Positions 17,877 through 27,438 of a stretch of DNA of 64,000 bases are shown here, in pieces; positions within the stretch are counted from its first letter, which is position 1, and every line of letters starts with the position of its first letter. A program made the translations under genes and the position numbers. The notes beneath the pieces were generated by a model. The model saw nothing but the letters and a program-made list of their open reading frames with translations, had not been told where the DNA came from and ran no database searches. Source of the stretch: Candidatus Magasanikbacteria bacterium GW2011_GWA2_56_11 (GTDB taxonomy: Bacteria > Patescibacteriota > Patescibacteriia > Magasanikbacterales > UBA922); assembly GCA_001004885.1 (NCBI GenBank), contig LCRX01000004.1, forward strand, positions 11,178 to 75,177, written 5' to 3'.

Positions 17877-18599
17877 ATGACAGCCGCATCCTCCACAAAA
17901 ACCACTGCCGGGGCCGTGCGGCGGGCGCTGAGGGCAGACGCCCAACCAGAGCGGGCGCGGACGAATGCCTGGTTTTTCAAAACCGGTAGGGGAGAGTATG
18001 GCGAACATGATAAATTTATCGGGGTGGCCAACCCGGACATGCGCCGAGTGGCGCGGGAGTACCGAGATTTGCCGCTCGAAGAGATCGAAAGTTTGCTGCA
18101 CTCGCCCTGGCACGAAGAACGCCAGACAGCGCTGTTCATCCTGACGTTGCAATTCGCCCGCGCCGGCCGGCGTACGCGCCGGGAGATTTATCGGTTTTAC
18201 CTGGCCAATACCGCCTGGATAAACAACTGGGACCTGGTGGATTGCTCGGCTTATAAAATTTTAGGTCCTTACCTGGCGGATAAGCCGGCCGCGGTGTTAA
18301 CCCGGCTCGCGCGTTCAAAAAATCTCTGGGAACGCCGCCTAGCGATTGTGGCCACGCTGGCTTTTATCGTCGAGCGGCGGTTTGAACAGACCCTAAAATT
18401 GGCCGTCATTTTGCTCCATGACGAGCACGATTTGTTGCACAAGGCCGTCGGCTGGATGCTGCGGGAGGTGGGAAAACAGGACCGCCGGGAGCTGCGGAAT
18501 TTTTTAGATACTCACGCCGGCCAAATGCCCCGGACGATGCTCCGCTACGCGATTGAAAAGTTTCCGGACAAAGAGCGTCGAAAATATCTGAGCCGGTAG
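17877..18599 (+). CDS. DNA alkylation repair protein (AlkD/AlkC-like HEAT-repeat glycosylase family)
   Basis: NAWFFKTGRGEYGEHDKFIGVANPDMRRVAREY...WDLVDCSAYKILGPYL...WMLREVGK is AlkD-like. The ORF track starts at 17742; Met46 at 17877 is the likelier start. Confidence 0.65.
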   Translation: MTAASSTKTTAGAVRRALRADAQPERARTNAWFFKTGRGEYGEHDKFIGVANPDMRRVAREYRDLPLEEIESLLHSPWHEERQTALFILTLQFARAGRRTRREIYRFYLANTAWINNWDLVDCSAYKILGPYLADKPAAVLTRLARSKNLWERRLAIVATLAFIVERRFEQTLKLAVILLHDEHDLLHKAVGWMLREVGKQDRRELRNFLDTHAGQMPRTMLRYAIEKFPDKERRKYLSR

Positions 18600-18619
18600 A
18601 CAACCCGGCAAATGTAGTT

Positions 18620-19384
18620 ATGCTCACCCCGCACGAGGCCACCAACCGGCGTATCTTCAGCCGCGTAGCGAAGCGCTATGATTCCCCGCTTGCCCGCCGG
18701 GTATATTTCGGGCGGCTCTACCGCCATCTTTTGAAAATACTTGAACGCGAGGCCGGCACTACTCTCGGCGGCGCACGCGTACTGGATGTTGCCTGCGGCA
18801 CTGGCGAGATAATAAACAACCTGGCCCGGCGCTTTTCGGGTTCTGCCTACACCGGCCTCGATATTACCCCGGCGATGCTCGAGCGGGCAAAAAAGAAAAC
18901 CGCCGGCCTGGCCAACGTATCTTTTGTCGAGGCAACCGTGGATGAATTGCCGTTTTTGGACGGTGCGTTTGACTTGGTAATCTGTTCTGAAGCCTTTCAT
19001 CACTTCTCCGATCCAGGCCGGGCTCTAAGCGAAATGCGCCGCGTACTCTCGCTCCGGGGCAGACTGTTATTGGTTGATCCGGCGTTCAACCGGCCGTGGA
19101 TAAGGCGCCTGGCCAATAAATTTTTACCGCGCCTGGAGCACGCCCACGCCGTCTACAGTACAGGGGAATTAGCCGGGTTGATGGAAAATTACGGATTTAC
19201 GGTCGAGTTTCGTTCGACATACGCCCTGAATAGCTTTATACTGGGGGCCAAAAAGAACTCACAGCGAGTTTCCCCCCTTTCGCCTCAAACAGAGACTGAT
19301 TTTCACGGCCCCAAAACTCGCTCTTACAGGCTCAGACATTGGTGCCGTAAAAATCAGTCTCTGTTTCGGCTCGACTTAGGATAG
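18620..19384 (+). CDS. Class I SAM-dependent methyltransferase (Methyltransf_11); last ~40 codons are read through repeat copy C
   Basis: SAM motif VLDVACGTGEII plus LPFLDGAFDLVICSEAFHHF. The C-terminal NSQRVSPLSPQTETDFHGPKTRSYRLRHWCRKNQ is encoded by the repeat. Confidence 0.75.
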   Translation: MLTPHEATNRRIFSRVAKRYDSPLARRVYFGRLYRHLLKILEREAGTTLGGARVLDVACGTGEIINNLARRFSGSAYTGLDITPAMLERAKKKTAGLANVSFVEATVDELPFLDGAFDLVICSEAFHHFSDPGRALSEMRRVLSLRGRLLLVDPAFNRPWIRRLANKFLPRLEHAHAVYSTGELAGLMENYGFTVEFRSTYALNSFILGAKKNSQRVSPLSPQTETDFHGPKTRSYRLRHWCRKNQSLFRLDLG

Positions 19385-19410
19385 AATTGCTAGTAACTCA
19401 CTACCAGTTC
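19255..19410 (+). repeat. Copy C of the MITE/REP-like element
   Basis: Full-length alignment to copies D, E and B. Confidence 0.85.
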
Positions 19411-19419
19411 AAAGTCTAT

Positions 19420-20499
19420 ATGACCAAGCTATACGCGTTGTTTATTTCATTGGCGCTGTTTGGCGCGACGGCTTTTGTTTTGGCGCGCCTGGACAGACCG
19501 GAAGCGACCGGGCCGCGGCCGTCGCCCGGCAAGCCGGCGCTGCTTTCGCCAGAGGAAATTTTTCCGGAGGAAAGTATCGCGGCGGAGGAAATAAAGGCCG
19601 TACCGGCAGAAAAAACATCGAATTCCATGCCGGCCCCCAACAAGCCGGTTACAGTTCCGGTCTCCAACCCTCCGGCGGCACAGCCTAAAATAGAACCCAA
19701 GTCCGCCCTTGGAGCGGAAACTAAAATCGAAGCGGAACTAAAGGCCGTGCCGCCGCCAGCCATAAAAACACCGGCCCCGGAAATTTCCGCTCCGCCGCCT
19801 TTGACGGTCGTGGCTCCGGGTACGGAAGCCGCCGGCGCGCTGACGGCTTCCGGAGTCGTCTCCTGGACCAACACGCACCGCGCTAAGGCGGGTTTGGCGT
19901 CTCTTTCGGCCAACGCGGCGCTAGCCAGGATGGCCGACGCCAAGGCGCGCGACATGATAGACAAGGGTTACTTCGCGCATGTATCCCCGGCGGGCGTGGG
20001 GATAGAGGATCTGGCCGGCCAGGCCGGTTATGCTTACCTTCTCGTGGGCGAGAACCTGGCTTTGGGTAATTTCAAAACCGATCAAGCGCTGGTGCAGGGC
20101 TGGATGGACAGCCCCGGACACCGGGCAAACATTTTGCGGGCGCAGTTTACCGAGATCGGAGTGGCGGTGATACCGGGCACGCACAAAGGTCTGCCGGTGT
20201 GGTACGCGGTGCAGGAATTCGGCAAACCGCGATCCGATTGTCCCTGGCCGGACGGAAACACGAAAGCGCAGATTGACAGTATCCAGAGTCAGGCCGAAAA
20301 ACAGGCGGGCGATATCCAAGCCAAACAAAAAGAACTTGTTTCTCTTTCAAAAAACAACATACCAGAGTACAACCGGCAGGTGGCGGCGTACAATGAACTG
20401 GTGAACGCGTATAACATCCTCGCCGCCGAACTCAAGAAATTGGTTGAGGAGTACAACTTTCAGGTTGGCGAGCTTAACGCGTGCACGCGCGGCGGTTAA
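19420..20499 (+). CDS. Membrane-anchored/secreted CAP (SCP/PR-1, YkwD-like) domain protein with Pro/Ala-rich linker and C-terminal coiled coil
   Basis: CAP motifs GWMDSPGHRANIL and FTEIGVAV after a TM/signal segment MTKLYALFISLALFGATAFVLA. The ORF track start at 19387 lies inside the repeat. Confidence 0.65.
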   Translation: MTKLYALFISLALFGATAFVLARLDRPEATGPRPSPGKPALLSPEEIFPEESIAAEEIKAVPAEKTSNSMPAPNKPVTVPVSNPPAAQPKIEPKSALGAETKIEAELKAVPPPAIKTPAPEISAPPPLTVVAPGTEAAGALTASGVVSWTNTHRAKAGLASLSANAALARMADAKARDMIDKGYFAHVSPAGVGIEDLAGQAGYAYLLVGENLALGNFKTDQALVQGWMDSPGHRANILRAQFTEIGVAVIPGTHKGLPVWYAVQEFGKPRSDCPWPDGNTKAQIDSIQSQAEKQAGDIQAKQKELVSLSKNNIPEYNRQVAAYNELVNAYNILAAELKKLVEEYNFQVGELNACTRGG

Positions 20500-20507
20500 T
20501 CCGTTAT

Positions 20508-20921
20508 ATGGCGCGCATGGCATTCATTCCCCAGTCCGAATACACGCTTCACGGCGTGCGCTCTTCCGGACCCGGCGGACAAAATGTCAACAAAGTATCG
20601 ACCAAGGTGGAATTGCGCTGGCCACTGGGAGCCTCCCGTTTTTTCACGGACGAGGAAAAGGAGCGTCTGAGGATAAAACTCAAAAATCGCCTTACTGCCC
20701 GCGATGAACTGGTAATCACCGCGGATAATACCCGCTCCCAGGCTCAAAATCGCGCTCTAGCGGTCGAGCGTCTGCATGATCTGGTGCGCGCCGCGCTCGC
20801 CGTGCCCAAAAAACGCCGGCCGACTAAACCAACCGCGGCTATGCGCGAGCGGCGGCTTCGGCAAAAAAAAATCACTAGCGAGCGCAAACGCCGGCGCCGG
20901 ACGGTTGAGCCCGGCGAGTAG
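20508..20921 (+). CDS. arfB: Alternative ribosome-rescue factor ArfB (peptidyl-tRNA hydrolase, GGQ family)
   Basis: GGQ motif SSGPGGQNVNKVSTKVELRW and a basic C-terminal tail. Confidence 0.8.
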   Translation: MARMAFIPQSEYTLHGVRSSGPGGQNVNKVSTKVELRWPLGASRFFTDEEKERLRIKLKNRLTARDELVITADNTRSQAQNRALAVERLHDLVRAALAVPKKRRPTKPTAAMRERRLRQKKITSERKRRRRTVEPGE

Positions 20922-20936
20922 CCGGCTTGTGTTTGT

Positions 20937-20968
20937 CCACAGCCCTTGCCAGCGGCCGGGCTGTTTTT
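20937..20968 (+). terminator. Rho-independent terminator (CAGCCC-ttgccagcggcc-GGGCTG + TTTTTT)
   Basis: Stem-loop plus T-run, 16 nt after the arfB stop. Confidence 0.55.
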
Positions 20969-21320
20969 TATGCTACCAGGGTAGAGTCATTTTGAGCCCG
21001 GTTTCGTTTCTATTACCCGGGCCTGGCAATCGCTGACTAAACTTTGGCTATGAGCATTACCCTAAGGTCACCTTGATTTTCGCTGGTCCGCCGCAGTAGG
21101 GCGAAGTCGGGCTTAGAATGACACTTAAACCGAACCCGGGCGTATAGGCCAGCTAGTCCGCGGCCGGCGCCCGGTTTTAATTTTCAGGTAAAAATTTTTA
21201 TCCGGACGTATTTTTTCGGCCGATAATCGGGTCCCTGGAGAATACCCGCGGTACCGTGTACAATACCGCTTATAGAGTCTCTTGGGGGTAAATTGGGACA
21301 AGAGTGGTAACCCTTTAGAT

Positions 21321-22262
21321 ATGAAAAACGCCGTATTGTACAGTCTGGTCGGGGTGGGGCTGGCATTGACCTTGGTTATTTTTTGGGCCGCCCGGGAGCG
21401 GGCGCAGAAAATCCCGGCCGTGTCTACTTTCGCCGAGTGCGCCGCCGCCGGATACCCGGTGGCGGAGAGCTATCCGCGGCAGTGCCGTACCCCGGACGGG
21501 CGGGTACTGGCAGAAGACGTGCCCGAGCTTCTAAGCGTAGTCGTGGATGCGCCGCGACCCAACGAACTTGTGGCCAGTCCGGTAACGGTTAGCGGCCAGG
21601 TTCCGGGAACATGGTTTTTTGAGGCTAATTTGCCGCTTAAGATTACCGACAGCTCCGGAAAGACGCTTGGGATCGGGTATGCCACGGCCGAGGGGGAGTG
21701 GATGACCGAAAAACTTGTCCGCTTTAGCTCCCAGGTGGCGTTCGAGTCGCCGTCCGCTGCCACTAGTACCGGTTTTGTCGTAGTTATGAAGGATAACCCG
21801 TCGGGATTGTCCGAGAACGAGGCCGAATACCGCGTGCCGGTTCGGTTTGCCCCCCGGGCGCCGGCCGGCGATACAACTTTGCGGGTTTATTTTGGCAACA
21901 GCCAGCTGCTTGGGCCTGGGCAGGACGATTGCGCGACGGTTTTTCCGGTCGAGCGCCGGGTCTCGTCTACCTTGGCCGTAGCCCGTGCCGCTGTCCAGGA
22001 GCTTTTGCAGGGGCCGACCGCGCAGGAGAAAGCTGCCGGTTATACGAGCAGTCTTAATCCTGGCGCGCAGGTGCAAAAACTAGTGATCAGCTTTGGACAG
22101 GCCTATATTGATTTCGATGAACAGCTTCAGTTTCAGGTGGGCGGTTCCTGCCGCGTAGCGGCCATCCGGGCGCAAATCCGCGAAACCCTCAAGCAATTCC
22201 CCAGCGTGGAAGACGTGGTCATCTCGATTGACGGCCGGACCGAGGATATTTTGCAGCCCTGA
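21321..22262 (+). CDS. Membrane-anchored protein with Gmad2 Ig-like and GerMN domains
   Basis: N-terminal TM segment, then ELVASPVTVSGQVPGTWFFEANLPLKITDSSGKTLG (Gmad2-like) and a GerMN-like C-terminus. Start taken at Met14 of the track ORF. Confidence 0.55.
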   Translation: MKNAVLYSLVGVGLALTLVIFWAARERAQKIPAVSTFAECAAAGYPVAESYPRQCRTPDGRVLAEDVPELLSVVVDAPRPNELVASPVTVSGQVPGTWFFEANLPLKITDSSGKTLGIGYATAEGEWMTEKLVRFSSQVAFESPSAATSTGFVVVMKDNPSGLSENEAEYRVPVRFAPRAPAGDTTLRVYFGNSQLLGPGQDDCATVFPVERRVSSTLAVARAAVQELLQGPTAQEKAAGYTSSLNPGAQVQKLVISFGQAYIDFDEQLQFQVGGSCRVAAIRAQIRETLKQFPSVEDVVISIDGRTEDILQP

Positions 22263-22418
22263 GCGCCGGTCTGTGTGGCCGCGCCGGAGCCGCCGTCAGG
22301 ATGGTTGTCCGCGTTTATCCACATCCGCTGTAAAATTTTATTATTTTGTCATCCTCACTCAGCTATATTTATTCATGGATAGACACGGTCTATCCAGTGT
22401 CCGGCCCGAGATACCTGC

Positions 22419-24560
22419 ATGCGCGATCTGCTTAAAATCCACTTTGGCTACGATGAGTTCCGTCCTTTGCAAGAGGATGTCATCAAGACCGTCCTCGGAC
22501 GCCGGGACGCGCTGGTGCTTATGCCCACGGGTGGCGGTAAATCACTTTGTTACCAGCTGCCCGCGCTACAGTTTTCTGGCATAACTCTAGTGGTCTCACC
22601 GCTCATCGCGCTCATGAAGGACCAGGTTGACGCGCTTCAGGCCAACGGCATCGCCGCGGCCTGCCTCACCAGCACGCTCGCGCCCGAAGAATTACGTGTT
22701 CGGGAACGACAGATAGCCGCCGGGGAGATAAAAATCGTGTATCTCGCCCCGGAGCGGCTGGCCATGCCAGGTTTCCGGCAATTTGTCCGCACGCTGCCCG
22801 TGGATTTTATTGCCGTGGATGAGGCGCACTGCATCTCGGAGTGGGGGCATGACTTCCGCCCGGAGTACCGCAAACTTCAGGGTCTCCGGGCGGATTTCCC
22901 CCGCTCTCCGGTCGTCGCGCTCACCGCGACCGCGACGAAGCAAGTGAGGGAGGATATAGTCCGGGAGCTGAGATTAAAGGAGCCGCGGATTTTTGTCTCC
23001 AGCTTCAACCGGCCGAACCTGACCTACCGGGTGGAACCAAAAGACAAAACTTTCGATCGGTTAGCGCGGATTTTGGATCAATATCGCGGCGAGTCGGCTC
23101 TGGTTTATTGCTTTTCGCGCCGCGACACGGAAACACTCTCCCGCGATTTGACCGCTGCCGGGTTCTCGGCCCTGCCGTATCACGCCGGTTTGGACCCGAA
23201 GACGCGCGGGGAGACGCAGGAAAAGTTTATCCGCGACGAAATTCCGCTAGTCGTCGCGACGATTGCCTTTGGCATGGGCATTGATAAACCAAACGTCCGG
23301 CTGGTGGTGCATTATCATCTGCCCAAAAGCATTGAAGGGTATTACCAGGAGACCGGCCGCGCCGGCCGCGACGGCTTGCCGAGCGAGTGCGTGCTGTTCT
23401 ACTCGCCGGCGGATTGCGAAAAGCACCGCTATTTTATCGCCGAGATCGGCGACCCGGCGGAGCGCGCGCGCTCCGAGAGAAAACTGGCGGAGATGGTGCG
23501 GTTTGCCGAGCTGACCGCATGTCGCCGCGCGTTTTTACTCCGGTATTTCGGCGAGACGGACGCTGCAAATTCCTGCGGCGCTTGCGACCGGTGTCTGACG
23601 CCGCGGGAAACATTTGACGGCACATTGGCCACGCAGAAGATACTGTCGGCTGTTATCCGAACCGGCGAACATTATGGCGCGAGTTATATTACGGACGTTT
23701 TGCGCGGTTCCCGAAGCGCGGATATTTCCGCCCGCGGGCATGACCGGCTGGGGGTTTTTGGTTTGTTTTCGGACACGAGCAAGCCGGAGTTGCGCGATTA
23801 CATGGCGCAGCTCACAGCTGCCGGCTATCTGGGCAAAGAGGCCGGCAGGTACCCGACGCTTTTTGTTACTGCCGCCGGCAAACGCTGGCTCAGGGATCGC
23901 GGAACAGTCAGCTTGACGCGCCCTTGCGAACCGGACGAGCCTGCCGCCGGCAGGCACAGCGACTTGCCCTACGAGGTCGAACTTTTTGCTTCTCTTAGGG
24001 ACTTACGTAAACATTGCGCCCAGAAAGAAAACGTGCCGCCGTTTGTAATTTTTGGCGATCGCACTCTAATCGAGATGGCTTACTACTTGCCGGACTCGCT
24101 CTCTGGCCTGCGGGCGATTACCGGCGTGGGCGAGGCAAAGCTTGAACGCTATGGGCAGATATTTTTGCGCGAGATAACTGCCTATGCCCAGGCGCGCGCC
24201 CTTGGCGCCCGGGAACGGCCGCGGCGCCACCGCCCCGAGACTGTCCGGGCCACTTCGACGTATCTGGCCACCAGGGACCTGGTCGCCCGGCAGCTGCCGC
24301 TCTCTGCCATTGCCTCAGCCAGGGAATTGGCCCCGGAAACTATCGTGGGCCATTTGGAAAAATTGTTGGCCTCCGGCGAGGCGCTCGATATAGAATACCT
24401 CAAGCCGCCGCCGGAGAGGTTTGCCGCCATCGAGGCGGCTTTCCGCCGGAGCGGGCAGCCCTGGCTAACGCCGGTGCGGCGTCTTTTGCCGGAGGAATAC
24501 AGCTACCTTGAGCTGCGATTGGCTCGGCTGTGGCTGCGTGATATACTCGATTCCGAATGA
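22419..24560 (+). CDS. recQ: ATP-dependent DNA helicase RecQ (helicase + RQC + HRDC)
   Basis: LVLMPTGGGKSLCYQLPAL, DEAHCISEWGHDFRPEY, the Zn-binding CxxC...CxxC and a C-terminal HRDC domain. Confidence 0.9.
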   Translation: MRDLLKIHFGYDEFRPLQEDVIKTVLGRRDALVLMPTGGGKSLCYQLPALQFSGITLVVSPLIALMKDQVDALQANGIAAACLTSTLAPEELRVRERQIAAGEIKIVYLAPERLAMPGFRQFVRTLPVDFIAVDEAHCISEWGHDFRPEYRKLQGLRADFPRSPVVALTATATKQVREDIVRELRLKEPRIFVSSFNRPNLTYRVEPKDKTFDRLARILDQYRGESALVYCFSRRDTETLSRDLTAAGFSALPYHAGLDPKTRGETQEKFIRDEIPLVVATIAFGMGIDKPNVRLVVHYHLPKSIEGYYQETGRAGRDGLPSECVLFYSPADCEKHRYFIAEIGDPAERARSERKLAEMVRFAELTACRRAFLLRYFGETDAANSCGACDRCLTPRETFDGTLATQKILSAVIRTGEHYGASYITDVLRGSRSADISARGHDRLGVFGLFSDTSKPELRDYMAQLTAAGYLGKEAGRYPTLFVTAAGKRWLRDRGTVSLTRPCEPDEPAAGRHSDLPYEVELFASLRDLRKHCAQKENVPPFVIFGDRTLIEMAYYLPDSLSGLRAITGVGEAKLERYGQIFLREITAYAQARALGARERPRRHRPETVRATSTYLATRDLVARQLPLSAIASARELAPETIVGHLEKLLASGEALDIEYLKPPPERFAAIEAAFRRSGQPWLTPVRRLLPEEYSYLELRLARLWLRDILDSE

Positions 24561-24714
24561 ACTCACAGCGAGTTTCTCTCCTTTCGCCTCAAACATAGAC
24601 CGATTTTCACGGCACCAAGACTCGCTCTTGTGGGCTCAGACATCGGGGCCGCGAAAATCAGTCTATGTTTCGGCTCAACTTAGGGTAGAATTGCTGATAA
24701 CTCACTATCAGTTC
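24559..24714 (+). repeat. Copy D of the MITE/REP-like element (starts at the recQ stop codon)
   Basis: Full-length alignment to the other copies. Confidence 0.85.
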
Positions 24715-24868
24715 AAAGTTAGCGCGGATTTAGAGTCCACCCGCGTTGGCCAGCTCTTTTTGGTCTTGTTTGATCGGTGTTCTTGTCGGAATAGGCAGGA
24801 TTTTGGCTTCGGGCGGCAAGCCGTTTATCGTTCGCAGTTGGTTCGTCTTACATCTTTGAATTCATTTT

Positions 24869-25738
24869 ATGCCTCCGGATAAATACTCGGCGCTCTGGAC
24901 TTCCCATACCTCCATCAGCGACTTTCTCAAATGCCCGCAGTCCTATTTCTTAAAGCATATTTACCGCCATCCGGGGACTAACCATAAGATAAAACTTATG
25001 ACTCCTTCCCTGGCGCTGGGTTCGGCGGTGCACGAGGTGCTGGAGTCGTTGTCGGTTTTGCCGCGCGAGAAGCGTTTTTCGGAGCCGATTATGGAAAAAT
25101 TTGACAGCGCCTGGGCCAAGGTAAGCGGCCGGCGCGGCGGATTCTTTGACAAGGACACGGAGTTTCGCTACGAAACGCGCGGCCGCGCGATGATGCGGCG
25201 GGTAACGGAAAACCCCGGTCCGATCGCGCGTTTGGCGGTTAAAATCCAAAAAGATTTGCCGTATTTTTGGCTGTCGGAGGAAGATAACATTATCCTTTGC
25301 GGCAAGATTGACTGGCTGGAGTACTTGCCGGAAACTGACAGTGTGCATATTATTGACTTTAAAACCGGTAAAGGCGAGGAGGATGCCGAATCGTTGCAGC
25401 TGCCGATTTATCACCTTTTGGTCCACCATTGCCAGCACCGCCGGGTGGAAAAAGCCAGCTACTGGTACCTCGAGAGAGAGGACACGCTGACGGATAAGGC
25501 GCTGCCGGATATCGCCCAAGCGCGGGAAAAGATCCTGGCCGTGGCCCGGCAGATGAAGCTGGCCCGACAGCTTGACCGGTTGCGCTGCCCCGAAGAGAGC
25601 GGCTGCCAGGCGTGTCGGCCGCTCGCGGCCGTAGTCCGCGGCGAGGCCGAGCTGGTCGGGACTGACGAGTATGGCTATGATACCTATGTTTTGGCGTATT
25701 CAGCAGCGACAGATGAGAAGGCGAGTGTTGTCTTGTAG
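24869..25738 (+). CDS. PD-(D/E)XK nuclease, Cas4/RecB-like with Cys cluster (1 N-terminal + 3 C-terminal Cys)
   Basis: FLKCPQSYFLK, nuclease core GKIDWLEYL...VHIIDFKTGK and QLPIYHLL, and C-terminal CPEESGCQAC. Confidence 0.6.
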   Translation: MPPDKYSALWTSHTSISDFLKCPQSYFLKHIYRHPGTNHKIKLMTPSLALGSAVHEVLESLSVLPREKRFSEPIMEKFDSAWAKVSGRRGGFFDKDTEFRYETRGRAMMRRVTENPGPIARLAVKIQKDLPYFWLSEEDNIILCGKIDWLEYLPETDSVHIIDFKTGKGEEDAESLQLPIYHLLVHHCQHRRVEKASYWYLEREDTLTDKALPDIAQAREKILAVARQMKLARQLDRLRCPEESGCQACRPLAAVVRGEAELVGTDEYGYDTYVLAYSAATDEKASVVL

Positions 25739-25766
25739 GCCCAGGAGTCCTGCTCGACGGCCAGGC

Positions 25767-25795
25767 TTGACAAAATAGCTCTCCGCTGTTATAGT
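25767..25795 (+). promoter_or_regulatory. Sigma70 consensus promoter TTGACA-17-TATAGT for the rpsF-ssb-rpsR operon
   Basis: TTGACA at 25767-25772 and TATAGT at 25790-25795. Confidence 0.6.
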
Positions 25796-25858
25796 AGCCA
25801 CGCCTACCCTTAGGCTTTTATTGTCTAAATCTTCAGCAGATACCCCTGACGGCAATCT

Positions 25859-26377
25859 ATGAAACACTACGAGATGCTGGCTGTGCTCCCCGGGACCCTA
25901 GCCGAGGCCGATGTCCCGCCGGTAGCGACGGTAATTAAAGAAACGCTTGAGCGCTTTGGCGGCACCGACGTGTCGCTTAACGACATGGGTAAAAGCCGTT
26001 TGGCGTATCCGATGCAGCACATCCGGTACGGCTATTTTTATTTGGTGCATTTTAGGGCCGAAGCCGACCGGCTGAAAGAAATCCAGGAGCGTGTCCGGTT
26101 GGTGAACAATGTTTTGCGTTTTGTGGTGCGTGCTTTTGATTCCGAGTCGCAGATTTTGGACACGGCCAAACTTAACCTGACTCCGGTGGCGAACGTGGTA
26201 GGCGGCTCCGAAACCGAGACGGCGCCGGCGCCGGCGCGAGAGCCGCGCCGGGAGTACCGCAGTCCGGTCAAGGAAAAGGCGGCCGAAGAAACCCGGGGGA
26301 CTGAGCCGACGGTAAGCATGGAGGACATAGAAGACAAGCTGGATCAAATTTTGGAAAAAGATCTGGAAAAAGTTTAA
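25859..26377 (+). CDS. rpsF: 30S ribosomal protein S6 (with acidic C-terminal extension)
   Basis: MKHYEMLAVL...RLAYPMQHIRYGYFYLVHF is S6-like, in the conserved rpsF-ssb-rpsR arrangement. Confidence 0.8.
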   Translation: MKHYEMLAVLPGTLAEADVPPVATVIKETLERFGGTDVSLNDMGKSRLAYPMQHIRYGYFYLVHFRAEADRLKEIQERVRLVNNVLRFVVRAFDSESQILDTAKLNLTPVANVVGGSETETAPAPAREPRREYRSPVKEKAAEETRGTEPTVSMEDIEDKLDQILEKDLEKV

Positions 26378-26543
26378 GCGTTGCTCCTAGAATCTCCAGT
26401 TTTACAATTTTCAAATGGACTCCGGCTGAGGCCACAAGAGCGCACGGCCGCGGAGATCGTCGTACCGGTATTTGGAAGTTGTCTGCCCTGGCCTCGGGCA
26501 TAAGCATTTGGAGATTGGGTGTTATCCTTAAAACTATTACAGT

Positions 26544-26984
26544 ATGGACTTGAACCGAGCTACTATCCTCGGTCGCCTGACGCGCGACCCGGAGGTGCGC
26601 ACTACCCCGTCGGGGCAGTCTGTGGCCACTCTGGCGGTGGCGACGAACCGCGTCTGGACCGACCAGACCGGCGTGCGCCAGGAGCGCAGCGAATTTCATA
26701 ATTGCGTTCTTTGGGGCCGGTTGGCAGAGATTGCCGGGCAGTACCTGGCCAAGGGCCGCCGACTGTACGTGGAGGGACGCATCGAGACGCGCGATTGGAC
26801 CGGACAGGACGGCGTTAAGCGTTACCGCACGGAAATTGTCGCTGAAAATATTATCATGCTCGACGGCCCGCGGTCCGCGCCAGGCGGCGAGGCCCAGGCA
26901 GGCGGAGCGAGCGTGCCGCCGACCCCGAACGCGCCGCGCGAGGTGGTAGAAGAAGAAATCAAAGTCGAAGACATTCCCTTTTAA
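26544..26984 (+). CDS. ssb: Single-stranded DNA-binding protein
   Basis: OB fold (TILGRLTRDPEVRTTPSGQSVATLAVATNRVW) and the C-terminal acidic tip DIPF. Confidence 0.9.
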   Translation: MDLNRATILGRLTRDPEVRTTPSGQSVATLAVATNRVWTDQTGVRQERSEFHNCVLWGRLAEIAGQYLAKGRRLYVEGRIETRDWTGQDGVKRYRTEIVAENIIMLDGPRSAPGGEAQAGGASVPPTPNAPREVVEEEIKVEDIPF

Positions 26985-27011
26985 TAATACTTAACGTCTG
27001 TCAAGTATCCT

Positions 27012-27245
27012 ATGGCCCTGGACATCAAGAAGGACAAAAAAAAAGAAAAGCGCTGCTATTTTTGTATCAACAACAAGAGCGTGATTGACTACAAAGAAGT
27101 GCAGACCTTGCGCCGTTTTGTTTCGTCCTACATGAAAATCGCCCCGCGCCGCCGGAGCGGCCTGTGCGCCTGGCATCAGCGCAAGGTATCGCGGGCGATT
27201 AAGCAGGCGCGGATAGCCGGATTGCTGTCGTTCGTTTCGAAGTAA
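27012..27245 (+). CDS. rpsR: 30S ribosomal protein S18
   Basis: CYFCINNKSVIDYKEVQTLRRFVSSYMKIAPRRRSGLCAWHQRKVSRAIKQARIAGLL. Confidence 0.9.
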   Translation: MALDIKKDKKKEKRCYFCINNKSVIDYKEVQTLRRFVSSYMKIAPRRRSGLCAWHQRKVSRAIKQARIAGLLSFVSK

Positions 27246-27265
27246 AAAACCCGCATAGGATACCA

Positions 27266-27296
27266 AAAACATCCCGACTCAATCGGGATGTTTTTC
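27266..27296 (+). terminator. Rho-independent terminator (AAAAACATCCCGA-ctcaa-TCGGGATGTTTTT-CTATTTTT)
   Basis: 13-bp stem with a T-run after rpsR. Confidence 0.65.
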
Positions 27297-27438
27297 TATT
27301 TTTATTTTTGGCGGCGCCGGGTTTACTTATCCACCTGGGATAGCTCAGCCGTATTGCGTTTTCGTGCGGGTATGTTAGCATTTAACCCAGGCAAGCCGGC
27401 TTCTGGCCGGTGGTGTTCAACTGCGATGGAGGTGTCCC

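Noticed and set aside
17522-18139. 205-aa minus-strand ORF overlapping the DUF1059 and AlkD-like genes
   Set aside because: Low-complexity, Ser/Arg-rich, and overlaps two better-supported plus-strand genes.
27325-27400. tRNA-like start GGGATAGCTCAG at ~27336
   Set aside because: No complementary D-stem, anticodon arm or T-arm (no GTTCGAATC) follows, so it is not a tRNA.
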